A stretch of DNA of 56,444 bases from an uncultured delta proteobacterium (GCA_963840855.1 CAWJBB010000006.1:1-56444); one strand, 5' to 3'. Shown: positions 9,288 to 18,718, numbered from the stretch's first letter. Notes: a model not told the origin generated them from the sequence alone. Numbers and translations are program-made.

Positions 9288-10350
9288 TTACCGAATTACT
9301 CGATCTGCTCTAGCCAAAATGTTGGGTGGGATCGTCAGGCCAATCTGCTTCGCGGTCTTGAGATTGATCACCAGCTCAAACTTCATCGGCTGCTCAATTG
9401 GAAGGTCAGCGGGCTTGGCGCCTTTCAAGATTTTGTCCACATACGTTGCGGCACGGCGGTAATTCTCAGCATCGTTGGTTGCATAAGATACGCGGCCCCC
9501 GGCCTCGACGTAGTCACTTCCTTCGGACATTGAAGGCAGTCGGTTCTTTATGGCAAGGCCCGCAATCTGCTTTGGGTACCGGTTGAACACGGAACTCCTG
9601 ACCGTGATTAGCGCGCTCGCGCGCCCTTTCGTTGCAGCTTGGAATGCTCCCTCAAAATTGGGGTCCGGATATTGTACCTCTAACGATTGAAGCTGTACCT
9701 TTAGGGCACGCGCCACCGCTTCATACTCTTTGAAAGCAATCGCTGACGACGAGCTATTCGCATCCCAAAGGACTCCGATGCGCGACATCCGCGGAAGCAC
9801 CTCTTTAAGCAATTCCAGCCGTTTTCCGCTTAACTCTTGGGTGAGTCGAGTGAGCCCCCGGTGATATTTCCGCCCGGGCGCGCCAAGCTATCTACTATTC
9901 CAGTCTCGACCGGATCAACAGTAGCCACCATAACAATGGGGATCGTCTTGGTCGCCTGCTTGGCTGCGCGGATCGCTGGGAAGTTTGTGGCGACGAGTAC
10001 ATCGACCTTGAGTTGTACGAGTTCGCCCACAAGAGTTGGGATACGGTCCATATTACCCTCAGCGTAGCGATGCTCAACCAGTATATTTTTCTCCTCAATG
10101 TAACCGAGATCTCGAAGCCCTTGCCGGAATGCCTCGAAGTTAGCCCCCCCGGATTGGAGGTGTCACCACTTCCCGACACGTAACCGATCCGCGGAACCTT
10201 CTTCGGCTGCTGCGCCTCGGCGGACAGGCAAAGCGCAATGAGTAAAGCGCATAAACCAGAGATCAGAAGTCGGAGATCAGAGATCGGTTTCACCACCGTG
10301 GCAAATAGCGCGCAGAGAAAGCGCTCCGCACACCCAGCGTCTTCGCTCAT
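9288..10350 (-). pseudogene. ABC_sub_bind-family SBP split by two frameshifts
   Basis: ORFs 9895..10350, 9830..10051 and 9288..9812 are consecutive parts of one SBP; one shift is at a C7 run (~10144-10150). Confidence 0.85.
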
Positions 10351-10401
10351 AATATTTTGCCCTCCGATTTGTGACCGTTGACCTCTGACCGCTGATTTCT
10401 G

Positions 10402-11388
10402 TCATTTGATTACTCTGTCTGCTCGCGCCAGCACGTTCGGCGGAATCGTTACGCCGATTTGTGTCGCCGTCTTCAAGTTGATAAACAGCTCAAACCGCAT
10501 TGGTTGTTCCACGGGCAGTTCGGCCGGATTCGCGCCTCTTAGGATCTTGTCTACATATGTGGCGGAGCGCCGCCACAATTCAGCGCTCCATGGTCCATAC
10601 GAGATAAGGCCGCCCGCTTCCACAAATGATCTGTCTTCGTACATCGCCGGCAGGCGATTCTTTGCAGCGAATTCCAGGATCCGTTGCAGGTGGCGCCGAG
10701 TGAACGGGTCCACCATTGTAAGGAGTGCGTCGGGGCGATCCTTGCTCAGAGTCGCGAACACGCTCTCCAGCCCGTCGATATTTGGCACGCCGCGGTCTTG
10801 AACCGTCACGCCCAACGGGCCGGCCGAGGCCATAGTCTCTCTCGCCCGAAGCTTCATGCCGGGATTGCTCGAGTTCCAAATCATGGCTAACCGAGAGACT
10901 TTCGGGAAAGTCTCCTTAAGCAGTTCCATGCGCTTTGGCCACAAATCGGAGGCGAGGCTGGAAAGGCCTGTAGCGTTTCCGCCCGGCCGGGCGAGACTAT
11001 CCACGATCCCGACAGTTACTGGATCACTGCTATTTGGAAAAACAATGGGTATCGTCTTTGTCGCTTGCTTTGCAACGAGGACCGCGGGGGTGGAACTCGT
11101 AAAGATAATGTCCACCTTTAGTCGAATCAGATCAGCTACAAGCGAGGGATATTGATCTTCACGGTTTTCTGCCCACCGGTATTCCAAGCTTATGTTCCGG
11201 CCCTCCACATAGCCGAGTTTGCGAAGACCCTCCAGGAATGCCTCGAGGTTAGCATCTGCCGCGGTACTGGGCGCGCTCGGCAACAAGATACCCACGCGTG
11301 GGATTTTTCCGTGCTGTTGCGCATTAGCCTGGGAGGCAAAAACCATAACAATCACAGCTGTTAGTGAAAGAAGGATTCTTTTGTCCAT
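10402..11388 (-). CDS. ABC_sub_bind-family substrate-binding protein
   Basis: AGGAGG RBS before ATG 11388, signal peptide, family motifs. Confidence 0.93.
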   Translation of the reverse strand: MDKRILLSLTAVIVMVFASQANAQQHGKIPRVGILLPSAPSTAADANLEAFLEGLRKLGYVEGRNISLEYRWAENREDQYPSLVADLIRLKVDIIFTSSTPAVLVAKQATKTIPIVFPNSSDPVTVGIVDSLARPGGNATGLSSLASDLWPKRMELLKETFPKVSRLAMIWNSSNPGMKLRARETMASAGPLGVTVQDRGVPNIDGLESVFATLSKDRPDALLTMVDPFTRRHLQRILEFAAKNRLPAMYEDRSFVEAGGLISYGPWSAELWRRSATYVDKILRGANPAELPVEQPMRFELFINLKTATQIGVTIPPNVLARADRVIK

Positions 11389-11448
11389 AGAACCTCCTAA
11401 CCCAATCAAAAATCGGCAATCGAAAATTCTCTTCAATCGTCTTCCACC

Positions 11449-11556
11449 TCACTTAATCACCTTGTCAGCCCTCGCCAGCACGTTTGGCGGAATCGCCTAA
11501 CGATTTTGGATTTTCGCTGGTTCGACACGGCTCACCACAGGTTTTAGATTATTCGG
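11449..11556 (-). repeat. Gene-less mini-unit 2 of the SBP array
   Basis: ccgaataatctaaaa[REP-like insert]aatccaaaatcgttaggcg then 11493-11449 = [14 protein letters not shown]. Confidence 0.85.
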
Positions 11557-12525
11557 TCATCGGATTACTTTGTCGGCTCTAGCCAAAACATTAGGAGGAA
11601 TTGTCAGGCCGATCTGCTTGGCTGCCCTCAGGTTGATCACCAGCTCGAACTTCGTCGGCTGCTCGACGGGTATATCTGCAGGCTTGGCGCCTTTTAGAAT
11701 CTTGTCCACGTGGGTTGCAGCACGGCGAAATAGGTCAGCAATGCTCACCCCATAAGACATTAACCCACCAGCCTCGGGAAACTCCCCGTATCCATACGCT
11801 ACCGGTAGACGGTGCTTTGCCGCGAGGACCACGATCTCATGCCGATGAGGAATATAGGATGAGTTCGAAGGGATCATAGCCGCATTGGCTCGCTCTCGAA
11901 CCATCGCGGTAAAGGCGCTCTCGAAGTCCTCAGGACCTCGCATCTCCACGAGCTGGACCGTCACTTTCAACGCCGGTCCCACAGACTGTAAAGTTTTGAA
12001 AGCGATCATCTCGGGCACAATGGCAGGATTTGACAGGTAAGCAACACGAGATACCTTGGGAGCGATCTCCTTGAGCAGCTCCAGCCGTTTCGTCTCTACA
12101 TCTGTGGCAAGGAGAGACAAACCGGTAATATTGCCTCCTGGTCGCGCGAGACTGGCAACGAGCCCAGAGCCAACAGGGTCGCCACTTGTGGCCATCACGA
12201 TGGGGATCGTACTTGTCGCTTTCTTGGCAGCCTGGGCTGCAGGAGTGCCCTGAGTTACGATGATGTCCACTTTGAGACTGACTAAGTCTTCTGCGAGTTC
12301 GGAGAGGCGATCCAACTTTCCCTCAGCGGACCGAGGCTCAATGACGATGTTTTTCCCGTCGACGTAACCAAGATTGCGCAGCCCTTCAAAAAACGCGGGG
12401 TCGATAGAGGGCGCTGCAGATAAAAACCCTATCCGTGGGACTTTCTTCAGTTGCTGCGGCTCGGCGGAAAAGCAGAGCGCAAAGAGCATAGCGACTAGAG
12501 TAAAACAAAAGATTTTTTTACTCAT
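11557..12525 (-). CDS. ABC_sub_bind-family substrate-binding protein
   Basis: MSKKIFCFTLVAMLFALC signal peptide, family motifs. Confidence 0.93.
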   Translation of the reverse strand: MSKKIFCFTLVAMLFALCFSAEPQQLKKVPRIGFLSAAPSIDPAFFEGLRNLGYVDGKNIVIEPRSAEGKLDRLSELAEDLVSLKVDIIVTQGTPAAQAAKKATSTIPIVMATSGDPVGSGLVASLARPGGNITGLSLLATDVETKRLELLKEIAPKVSRVAYLSNPAIVPEMIAFKTLQSVGPALKVTVQLVEMRGPEDFESAFTAMVRERANAAMIPSNSSYIPHRHEIVVLAAKHRLPVAYGYGEFPEAGGLMSYGVSIADLFRRAATHVDKILKGAKPADIPVEQPTKFELVINLRAAKQIGLTIPPNVLARADKVIR

Positions 12526-12544
12526 GGTCAATTACCGCCTAGAA

Positions 12545-12635
12545 TTGGAGTATTGGAGTACTGCTGTTAATCGCATTGTTCCAACACTCCATGACTCCAC
12601 TACTCCATCACTCCCTCTTTTCATTTGATCACCGG
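12545..12635 (-). repeat. SBP 3'-end remnant (GTGATCAAATGA, VIK*) followed by a GGAGTNN/NNACTCC heptamer inverted repeat
   Basis: Minus strand ccg-gtg-atc-aaa-tga at 12635-12621, then ggagtgatggagtagtggagtcatggagtg ... tactccaatactccaa. Confidence 0.6.
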
Positions 12636-12659
12636 CAGGTGAGATGATCGCCTATCAGA

Positions 12660-13889
12660 TTAGCGGACAGGCTTGAGGTAGTTTTGCACTGCGTATTCGC
12701 CGATTTTTCGCCCCATCGCTGCGCCGACCTCGCCAGAGGTTCGGTAATGCACACCATCGTACACGCGCGCATCGATTGACTCGTTGACATAGGCCGACAG
12801 CCGGCTGAACTTGCGCGTGACTCCCGGCGCAGTGGGGCTCGTCAGGCTGAAGGTCGGCACCGCATCGCCGAAAAAGGCTTCGAGCACAGCCGCTCCGGCC
12901 GCGCTATTGATGCAATGCGCGCACGGATATTCGGGGTGCATCGGCGTGGCAATGAAAGGCTCCCAAGCCGGATCGCGCTCAGTGGCATCATTGCCATCGA
13001 TATCCGCGTTGCGGATCGCCGTTACCGGCCGCCAGAAATTGTACGTGTATTTAGCCTCGAATACCGAGATGTAGGAATCAGCCATCGCCATGGCATACAG
13101 AGCGAACAAGCGCGCATTGTCGAGGATATCGAAGGTTTTTGTTGCCGCAAGCTGCCGGGCGACTGGATTATGGAGTCCAGGTCCAGTGAACTCCCATAAG
13201 CGGGCAATGTCGGTCTGTTCCGCTGTGCGTCCGGAAGCGGTCTTTGCGCCCATTTTCTTCACCTCATCACAGTCCTTCGCCCACTGCGCGCTTTGCAGAG
13301 AAACTGGAGCCGCGGGACGAAACTGCGAACCCTCTTTGAGGGCGAAAGGCGTTACTTGTCCCCAACCGGAGGCGACGGGTAGAACGGTCGGTACATAGAT
13401 GCCCGTCGCAGTGTATGGGCGGTAAGTGTTGGGTGCGTTGGCGCCATCTTTCGCTCGCAGAGCGAGAATCTCCGCCGCTATCTGTTCGCCAAGCTGGATG
13501 CCTTTCGATTTCGGCTCCCCATCCGGCACCCCTGCCAGCGAGGTTTGATAAAAGGTATCGAAATCTTTTGACTGGTCTGGATATAAACGAACCAGGGCGA
13601 AGTGGGCAGCGGTGGCCGCAGCCGCTTCACGCGATGTGCCTGGAGCAGCGGGTAATTGCACACGATAGGGAGTATAGCGCCGATCGATCGAGTTGACGGC
13701 ATCGAACATAGCCACGTGAACTATCGCTGCGCTCCGGGTATGTACGAACGGCGCCTGGGACACTTTCACACCCGCGCTTACCACCTTATCGTTCCAGTCG
13801 GTCACTACATCGGCACACACTGCCATGACCACACATGCGAAAAGAAGCGTCGTAAGGATCACGAACAGAAACAATCTGTCGATCTTCAT
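12660..13889 (-). CDS. Vanadium-dependent haloperoxidase / PAP2-superfamily protein, secreted
   Basis: GGAGG RBS, signal peptide; motifs KYTYNFWRP (K-x6-RP), HPEYPCAH (PSGH-like), RVYDGVHY. Confidence 0.88.
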   Translation of the reverse strand: MKIDRLFLFVILTTLLFACVVMAVCADVVTDWNDKVVSAGVKVSQAPFVHTRSAAIVHVAMFDAVNSIDRRYTPYRVQLPAAPGTSREAAAATAAHFALVRLYPDQSKDFDTFYQTSLAGVPDGEPKSKGIQLGEQIAAEILALRAKDGANAPNTYRPYTATGIYVPTVLPVASGWGQVTPFALKEGSQFRPAAPVSLQSAQWAKDCDEVKKMGAKTASGRTAEQTDIARLWEFTGPGLHNPVARQLAATKTFDILDNARLFALYAMAMADSYISVFEAKYTYNFWRPVTAIRNADIDGNDATERDPAWEPFIATPMHPEYPCAHCINSAAGAAVLEAFFGDAVPTFSLTSPTAPGVTRKFSRLSAYVNESIDARVYDGVHYRTSGEVGAAMGRKIGEYAVQNYLKPVR

Positions 13890-14023
13890 AAAACACCTCC
13901 CTTTAATTAAATTTCTTACATGATCACCTCTTCGCTCGACTTTGCTCAATACAGGTTGAATCCTTCGGCACAGCTCAGAGCCCGTCCTGAGCTTGACGAA
14001 GGAACAGGTTTTAGATTGCTCGA

Positions 14024-14126
14024 TCATCGGATTACTTTGTCCGCTCTCGCCAGTACGTTCGGCGGAATCGCCTTACGATTTTCGATTTTGGTCTGCGGGG
14101 CCGCTTTTCGATTTTAGATTTCAGGA
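14024..14126 (-). repeat. Gene-less mini-unit 3 of the SBP array
   Basis: tcctgaaatctaaaatcgaaaagcggccccgcagaccaaaatcgaaaatcgtaaggcg then 14068-14024 = [14 protein letters not shown]. Confidence 0.85.
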
Positions 14127-15111
14127 TCATCGGATAACTCGATCTGCTCTGGCGAGCACGTTCGGCGGTATTGTTAATCCGATCTGCTTGGCGGCTTTCA
14201 AATTGATGACGAACTCAAACTTCATTGGCTGCTCCACCGGCAGCTCAGCTGGCTTTGCTCCTTTGAGAATCTTGTCGACGTAGGTTGCCGCGCGCCGATG
14301 AAAGTCCTCCGGTTTAGTCCCGTAGGACATAGGCCGCCAGCCTCCACAAATTCTTTGTTTGGATAAATCGCCGGCAGCCGGTTCTTTGCCGGCAATTCCA
14401 CAATCTGTTTCAAGAAATCCAGTTGCACCGTGCTGGAAATCGTAGTGAAAGCGTTAGCGCACATTTCCGTGAGGCCACGAAATGAGCGCTGAAAATCCGT
14501 TGCGGCGCGTTTCCACTCCAACGGTAGAAGCGCTAGCCCCAACACCTGTGCCGCCCCCTCCATTTCTTTCATTTGTCGCTGCCTCCTGGACCTGTCAAAG
14601 CGCCCAGCACGGCTACGCGGGAAATCTTTGGGAAAGCCTCCTTTAGCACCTCGAGCCTTTTCCCACCGAGCTCCGCTTGCAGGCTCCTCGATCCGGTGAC
14701 ATTGCCGCCGGGACGCGCCAGGCTATCCACCAGACCGGCCTCCACGGGATCGCTCATGTGCGCGACGACGATGGGGATTGTTTTCGTGGCTTTCTGAGCC
14801 GCGAGAGTGGGCGGAGTTGACGCCGTCACAATGATGTCTACTTTGAGCTGGACTAACTCAGCTGCCAGGGGCGGCAGCCTGTCCAGATTCTCAGCCCAGC
14901 GCGGCTCAATGACATAATGTTTCCCTTCGATATAGCCGAGTTCTCGGAGTCCTTGGCGAAACGCATCAAGAAGCATTGCGCCGCCCGATGGAGTAATCTC
15001 AAGCAGGTAGCCGATCCGCGGGACTTTCCCCGCCTGCTGCTGGCCCGGCGCTATTTGGACAGTAGCAAGAAGAATAGTCGCCAGCACCAGACCGAAAAGT
15101 CTTGTACTCAT
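14127..15111 (-). pseudogene. ABC_sub_bind-family SBP, first unit of the array, two frameshifts
   Basis: ORFs 14569..15111, 14222..14572 and 14127..14330 tile one SBP; GGGAG RBS. Confidence 0.85.
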
Positions 15112-15173
15112 GGCTTTACTCCCTGATTTTTTACTGACCGCCGACTTGAGACAACTGTCGAGGAATTCCTACC

Positions 15174-15188
15174 GCAACCTTGGTGCCA
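15174..15188 (-). promoter_or_regulatory. sigma54 (-24/-12) promoter pointing into the SBP array
   Basis: Minus strand TGGCACCAAGGTTGC = TGGCAC-N5-TTGC, about 60 nt upstream of ATG 15111. Confidence 0.8.
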
Positions 15189-15305
15189 GTTTTCGAAGGA
15201 CTTCTTCGCACGAGTGATGTTATTGAATTTCCGAGAAGTTTTTTAGAGCAGGCCATATGACGGGACCCGGTTAATGAGGGAAGGAGTAGTTAACTTGCTA
15301 CACCC

Positions 15306-15323
15306 TGTATCAAAATTGATACA
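15306..15323. promoter_or_regulatory. Palindromic upstream activator (bEBP) site
   Basis: TGTATCAA-AA-TTGATACA perfect 8-bp arms, about 118 bp upstream of the sigma54 -24 box. Confidence 0.7.
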
Positions 15324-15383
15324 CCAGGAGCATTTGCTTCTGCTGTCGCGCCATTCGGGTAGCGGTTCAGCTCGCAAACATTT

Positions 15384-15481
15384 GTAGGGGCGATCCTGAT
15401 CTCCCGTCCCGCCCTTCGACAGGTCTCAGGGCGTGGTGAGCCCGCCGAACCACGGAGGGCAGACACATGGGTCTGCCCTAC
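15384..15481. repeat. Composite REP-like palindromes (GTAGGGGC.../GGGCAGAC..GTCTGCCCTAC, CCCTTCGAC..CTCAGG)
   Basis: GTAG-type REP ends and hairpins; related copies near 17413-17440, 29009-29034, 36984-37050, 49578-49602. Confidence 0.6.
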
Positions 15482-15564
15482 ATTAACGATTCGTTGAAAT
15501 CAAATTGAACCACTGCCCGCCATTCGTCGGCGCGCTGCGCGACTGCGCGGTGAGATCTACGGCG

Positions 15565-16684
15565 TTATTTCTTTTCTTCCCTGGGAAACCCGTAGGCGGC
15601 GCCGATTTTTTGCATATATCCAGGCTGCTTCGCATTATGGTCCCAGTCCATGACGGAAGTTTTTTTGCCGCGCACCAGTTCTTCGGTTTTCGACCCCGGG
15701 GCATAGATTGAAGATTTGAATGGCTCGACCTCCCAAAGTATTTTCTGTCCTTCCTCACCCGCCGCGTATTCAAGAAAAAGCAGCGCAGAGTACGGGCGGC
15801 GCGCGCCTTTGACGATGGCATGGGTCTCGGTCAAGCGCACCGGAACGGGCTCCAGCACCAGTGCTTCCAGGTCCTGCGGAGCCCCGCTTTTTCTGCCGCA
15901 TGACGCCATGATAATAAACGCCGAAGAAGAGCCGGTACTCGCCGACCGCCATAGCGTTCAGATAACGGGTATGGCCGCGCACCCAGACCGGCTGTTGCGC
16001 CGCCAACTTGCGAGCGTAAGCCTCGACCCACTCGAGTCCCATGGCGGGAACCAGGCCCGCTATACTGTTGGGCCTGATGTCCGCCAGAAACTTCCGACCG
16101 CTGTGTTCAGGTCTGAGAAAGTCCTCCCAGCTCTTGGGGATCAACTCCGGCGGCAGGAGCCGTTTGTTGTACGCCACCGCATCGACGGTGGATGATAAAG
16201 CAATCACGTTGCGGCTCTCCGGGTTGATCATCCTGGGCGGAATCTGGAGCACTCCCTGTTCCGCCATCGCGCGCGTGTCGAATTTCTCCAGGTAGGGCAC
16301 GTACTCATGCTGTGCTTCGTTGAGCACATTAGCGATATCCCAGTCCGATACCCTGCCGGACTTGAGCTCCAATAGATATCTTTGAGATTGGTCCGGGTTG
16401 CCGTGCTCCTCAAACTGGGGATTGATGAATGGGTATTTCTTCCTGAAACCTTCGCGCAATGCCTTGATAGCCGGCGTATCGAAGCCAAGGAGTGCACGCA
16501 GCGCCCCTTCCTTTTTCGCCTTATTGATAATTTCATCGCGGCTTGCCTCAAAGATAAAGCCTTTCGACTCACTCTCCTGCTTCGCTTTTTGAATCACCGA
16601 AGCCGCCGACGCGGCCTGACCCGTCGAAACGAAAAGCCACTGCGCCAACGATAGCGATAAGAAGATCAGCCACAGAACGTTCAT
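15565..16684 (-). CDS. Extracellular solute-binding protein (Fe3+/AfuA-like PBP2 fold), one frameshift near 15890
   Basis: ORF 15770..16684 + 15565..15909; PKSWEDFLRPE motif; paralog of 17483..18610; shift at a homopolymer, possibly a read error. Confidence 0.8.
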
Positions 16685-16937
16685 CTTCTTTACCTCCCTT
16701 GTCCGCTGTCAGTTATATCGATTCGGCAGTTTCTCACCACGAAGAACCTAGCGCGGCAATGCCGCAACCACTCCCTGGACTTTTTGGCCGATTAACATAG
16801 TGGCCAACGCGCTGTCAAACCATTCACCCCGCTCTGTTGGTGAGTTGATATGAAGTTTAACCCGATGTTAGAGATTACGGCCAAAGTGCGGATCCTGAGG
16901 ATCACCCGAGGGATAACCAATTTTCCCGATTTGAAAG

Positions 16938-17058
16938 TTAGTGACCTGTAACAGCTACATGGCGTTTGCCACGAACGGCTTGTGCCTTGACCGTTCACCC
17001 TGAGCGTGTTGAAGGGTTCTTCGACCTTAGACGCGAATCAATTGTTACAGCTCACTAG
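16938..17058 (+). mobile_element. MITE-like element copy 1 (TIR TAGTGANCTGTAAC...GTTACAGCTCACTAG)
   Basis: Terminal inverted repeats; homologous to 50077-50229 (direct) and 43506-43625 (inverted). Confidence 0.75.
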
Positions 17059-17073
17059 TACCGGAAGTATGGG

Positions 17074-17229
17074 ATGAAGCTATTCTCTCTCGCTACAAGC
17101 TCGGCGCACGAGAAGTTAACCCGCGGCAAAAAAGTTTCCGTCCTGGCTTGGGAGCACTTCGCCAAGATGGGCAGCTACGAGGAAGAGATCATCAAGGCTT
17201 TTGGATTTTTGAGAGCAGAGAAAAAGTAA
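17074..17229 (+). pseudogene. Inverted C-terminal fragment of a PBP2 SBP paralog
   Basis: Translates LTRGKKVSVLAWEHFAKMGSYEEEIIKAFGFLRAEKK*, matching the C-terminus of 17483..18610 (LTQGKKVTLIAWEHAPKLEELQKKILEAYGF). Confidence 0.75.
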
Positions 17230-17311
17230 ATACCTGTCAGATAGTCTTCGTGACTCGTGCCCATGGCTCGCGTTCGCCGGAGCACGAGAAACGATCACGA
17301 TTTCAATGTTT

Positions 17312-17381
17312 CACCACGAAGGTCACGAAGGATCCGGATATTTTTACTCTTAAACTTCGTGTCCTTCGTGCCTTCGTGGTT
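17312..17381. repeat. CACCACGAAGG...CCTTCGTGGT palindromic repeat
   Basis: Long hairpin of CACGAAGG-type units; copies at 30381-30460, 31580-31656 and a half copy at 24280-24330. Confidence 0.8.
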
Positions 17382-17482
17382 AATCCCCTCTTCTTTGCGC
17401 GATTTAAGTTCGGAGGGCGGACACGCAGGTCCGCCCCTACCCTACAATCTTTTCTTTGTGTTCTTTGTGGCTAAATTATCTC

Positions 17483-18610
17483 TTATTTTTTTGCCGCATC
17501 CGCTTTGGGAAACCCGTAGGCTTCAAGAATCTTTTTTTGCAGTTCTTCAAGCTTGGGCGCGTGTTCCCAGGCAATAAGCGTGACCTTTTTCCCTTGAGTC
17601 AATTGATGGGGTGTCGTTCCCGGAGAGAACACCGAACCTTTGTCGTCCCGATTGATGATCTGTTGAGCCTCCGGACCGGCAATAAACTCCAGCCAAAGAA
17701 GTCCGGCATAGGGTGAAGCCGCTTTGTCAAAAACAGATTCATGATCGGCGATGCGAATTGGCACGGGCTCGACCACTTTATAGGCCAACGCGCCGGAACG
17801 GTCCTTTTGCATGGCTCGCTTGGTGCTGTTCAGATTGGCGCCGAGGAGCATAGCATACTCTCCCACGGCTATCCCCGCGATGGTTCGGGAGTGGCCGCGA
17901 ACCCAGATGGGATTCTGCGTCGCGAGGGCCCGCGCAAACTGGAGCGTCTTTTCCACTCCCCAGGCGGGAACCAGGTTGGCGACCTCTTGAGGCCGAATAT
18001 CCACGACGAACTTTCTGCCTTTAAATTCCGGCTTTAAAAAATCCTCCCAGGCGCTCGGTACCTTGTCTTCCGAGATCAGCTTCTTGTTGTAGGCGACGAC
18101 TTGGGTATTGGTGGTGTAAGAAATGATGTTGCGATTCACCGGATCAATCATCCCCAGCGGAATCTGCAGCACGCCCTGTTGCGCCATACCCAACACGTCG
18201 AATTTCTTTTGGTATGGGAAGTAGTCGTCATAATAATCCGTGGTGAGGTAATTCACATCCCAGCCGCTGGCCGCGCCTGATTTCATCTCCAGAATCATGC
18301 GCTGATAGGTATCCGTGCCGGCAATCTCCTCGGCGCGCAGATCGATAAATGGGTATTTTTTTTTGAAGGCCTCCGAGACCGGTTTGAGGGCCTCGTTCTC
18401 TAAAGATGTAAGGACCCGCAGTCTGCCCTCTTTTTTCGCTTTGGCGATAATTTCATCGCGGCTCGTTTCGAAAATAAAGCCTTTCGCCTCGCTCTCCTGC
18501 TTCGCCTTCTGAAGCGCCGAGCCCGCCGCCGCGCCAAGGACCGCAGCCGGCAATCCGAGAATCAGCAGAAAGCTCGCAAGCAACAAGACTGGCGCTTTTT
18601 GACACTTCAT
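17483..18610 (-). CDS. Extracellular solute-binding protein (PBP2, AfuA-like)
   Basis: Signal peptide, AKKEG, AYNKKLI..VPSAWEDFLKPEFKG, GGAGG RBS. Confidence 0.9.
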   Translation of the reverse strand: MKCQKAPVLLLASFLLILGLPAAVLGAAAGSALQKAKQESEAKGFIFETSRDEIIAKAKKEGRLRVLTSLENEALKPVSEAFKKKYPFIDLRAEEIAGTDTYQRMILEMKSGAASGWDVNYLTTDYYDDYFPYQKKFDVLGMAQQGVLQIPLGMIDPVNRNIISYTTNTQVVAYNKKLISEDKVPSAWEDFLKPEFKGRKFVVDIRPQEVANLVPAWGVEKTLQFARALATQNPIWVRGHSRTIAGIAVGEYAMLLGANLNSTKRAMQKDRSGALAYKVVEPVPIRIADHESVFDKAASPYAGLLWLEFIAGPEAQQIINRDDKGSVFSPGTTPHQLTQGKKVTLIAWEHAPKLEELQKKILEAYGFPKADAAKK

Positions 18611-18718
18611 TTTGCACCTCCAGTTATGAACAGTCGATCAAGGTCAGAGATCAGCATGACCTTTGACATCCGACCTCTGAGCTCTACCCTACTTGATCCA
18701 TTCCGCACTTCCGGTCAC

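Noticed and set aside
13890-14027. N-terminal extension of the haloperoxidase ORF (similar extensions at 33624..34853, 36151..37107, 38242..39213, 46685..47953, 54260..)
   Set aside because: The extensions run through repeats or intergenic DNA; internal ATGs, mostly with an RBS, fit the protein families better.
61-15111. Classical integron (attC/IntI), CRISPR or DGR explanation for the array
   Set aside because: No consistent RYYYAAC...GTTRRRY boxes, no integrase, Cas or reverse transcriptase gene, no fixed-length repeat-spacer pattern, and differences between paralogs are not adenine-specific.
16790-16818. Possible sigma70 promoter (TTGACA-N16-GTTAAT, minus strand) for the 16684 SBP
   Set aside because: Plausible, but the -10 is imperfect and there is no independent support.
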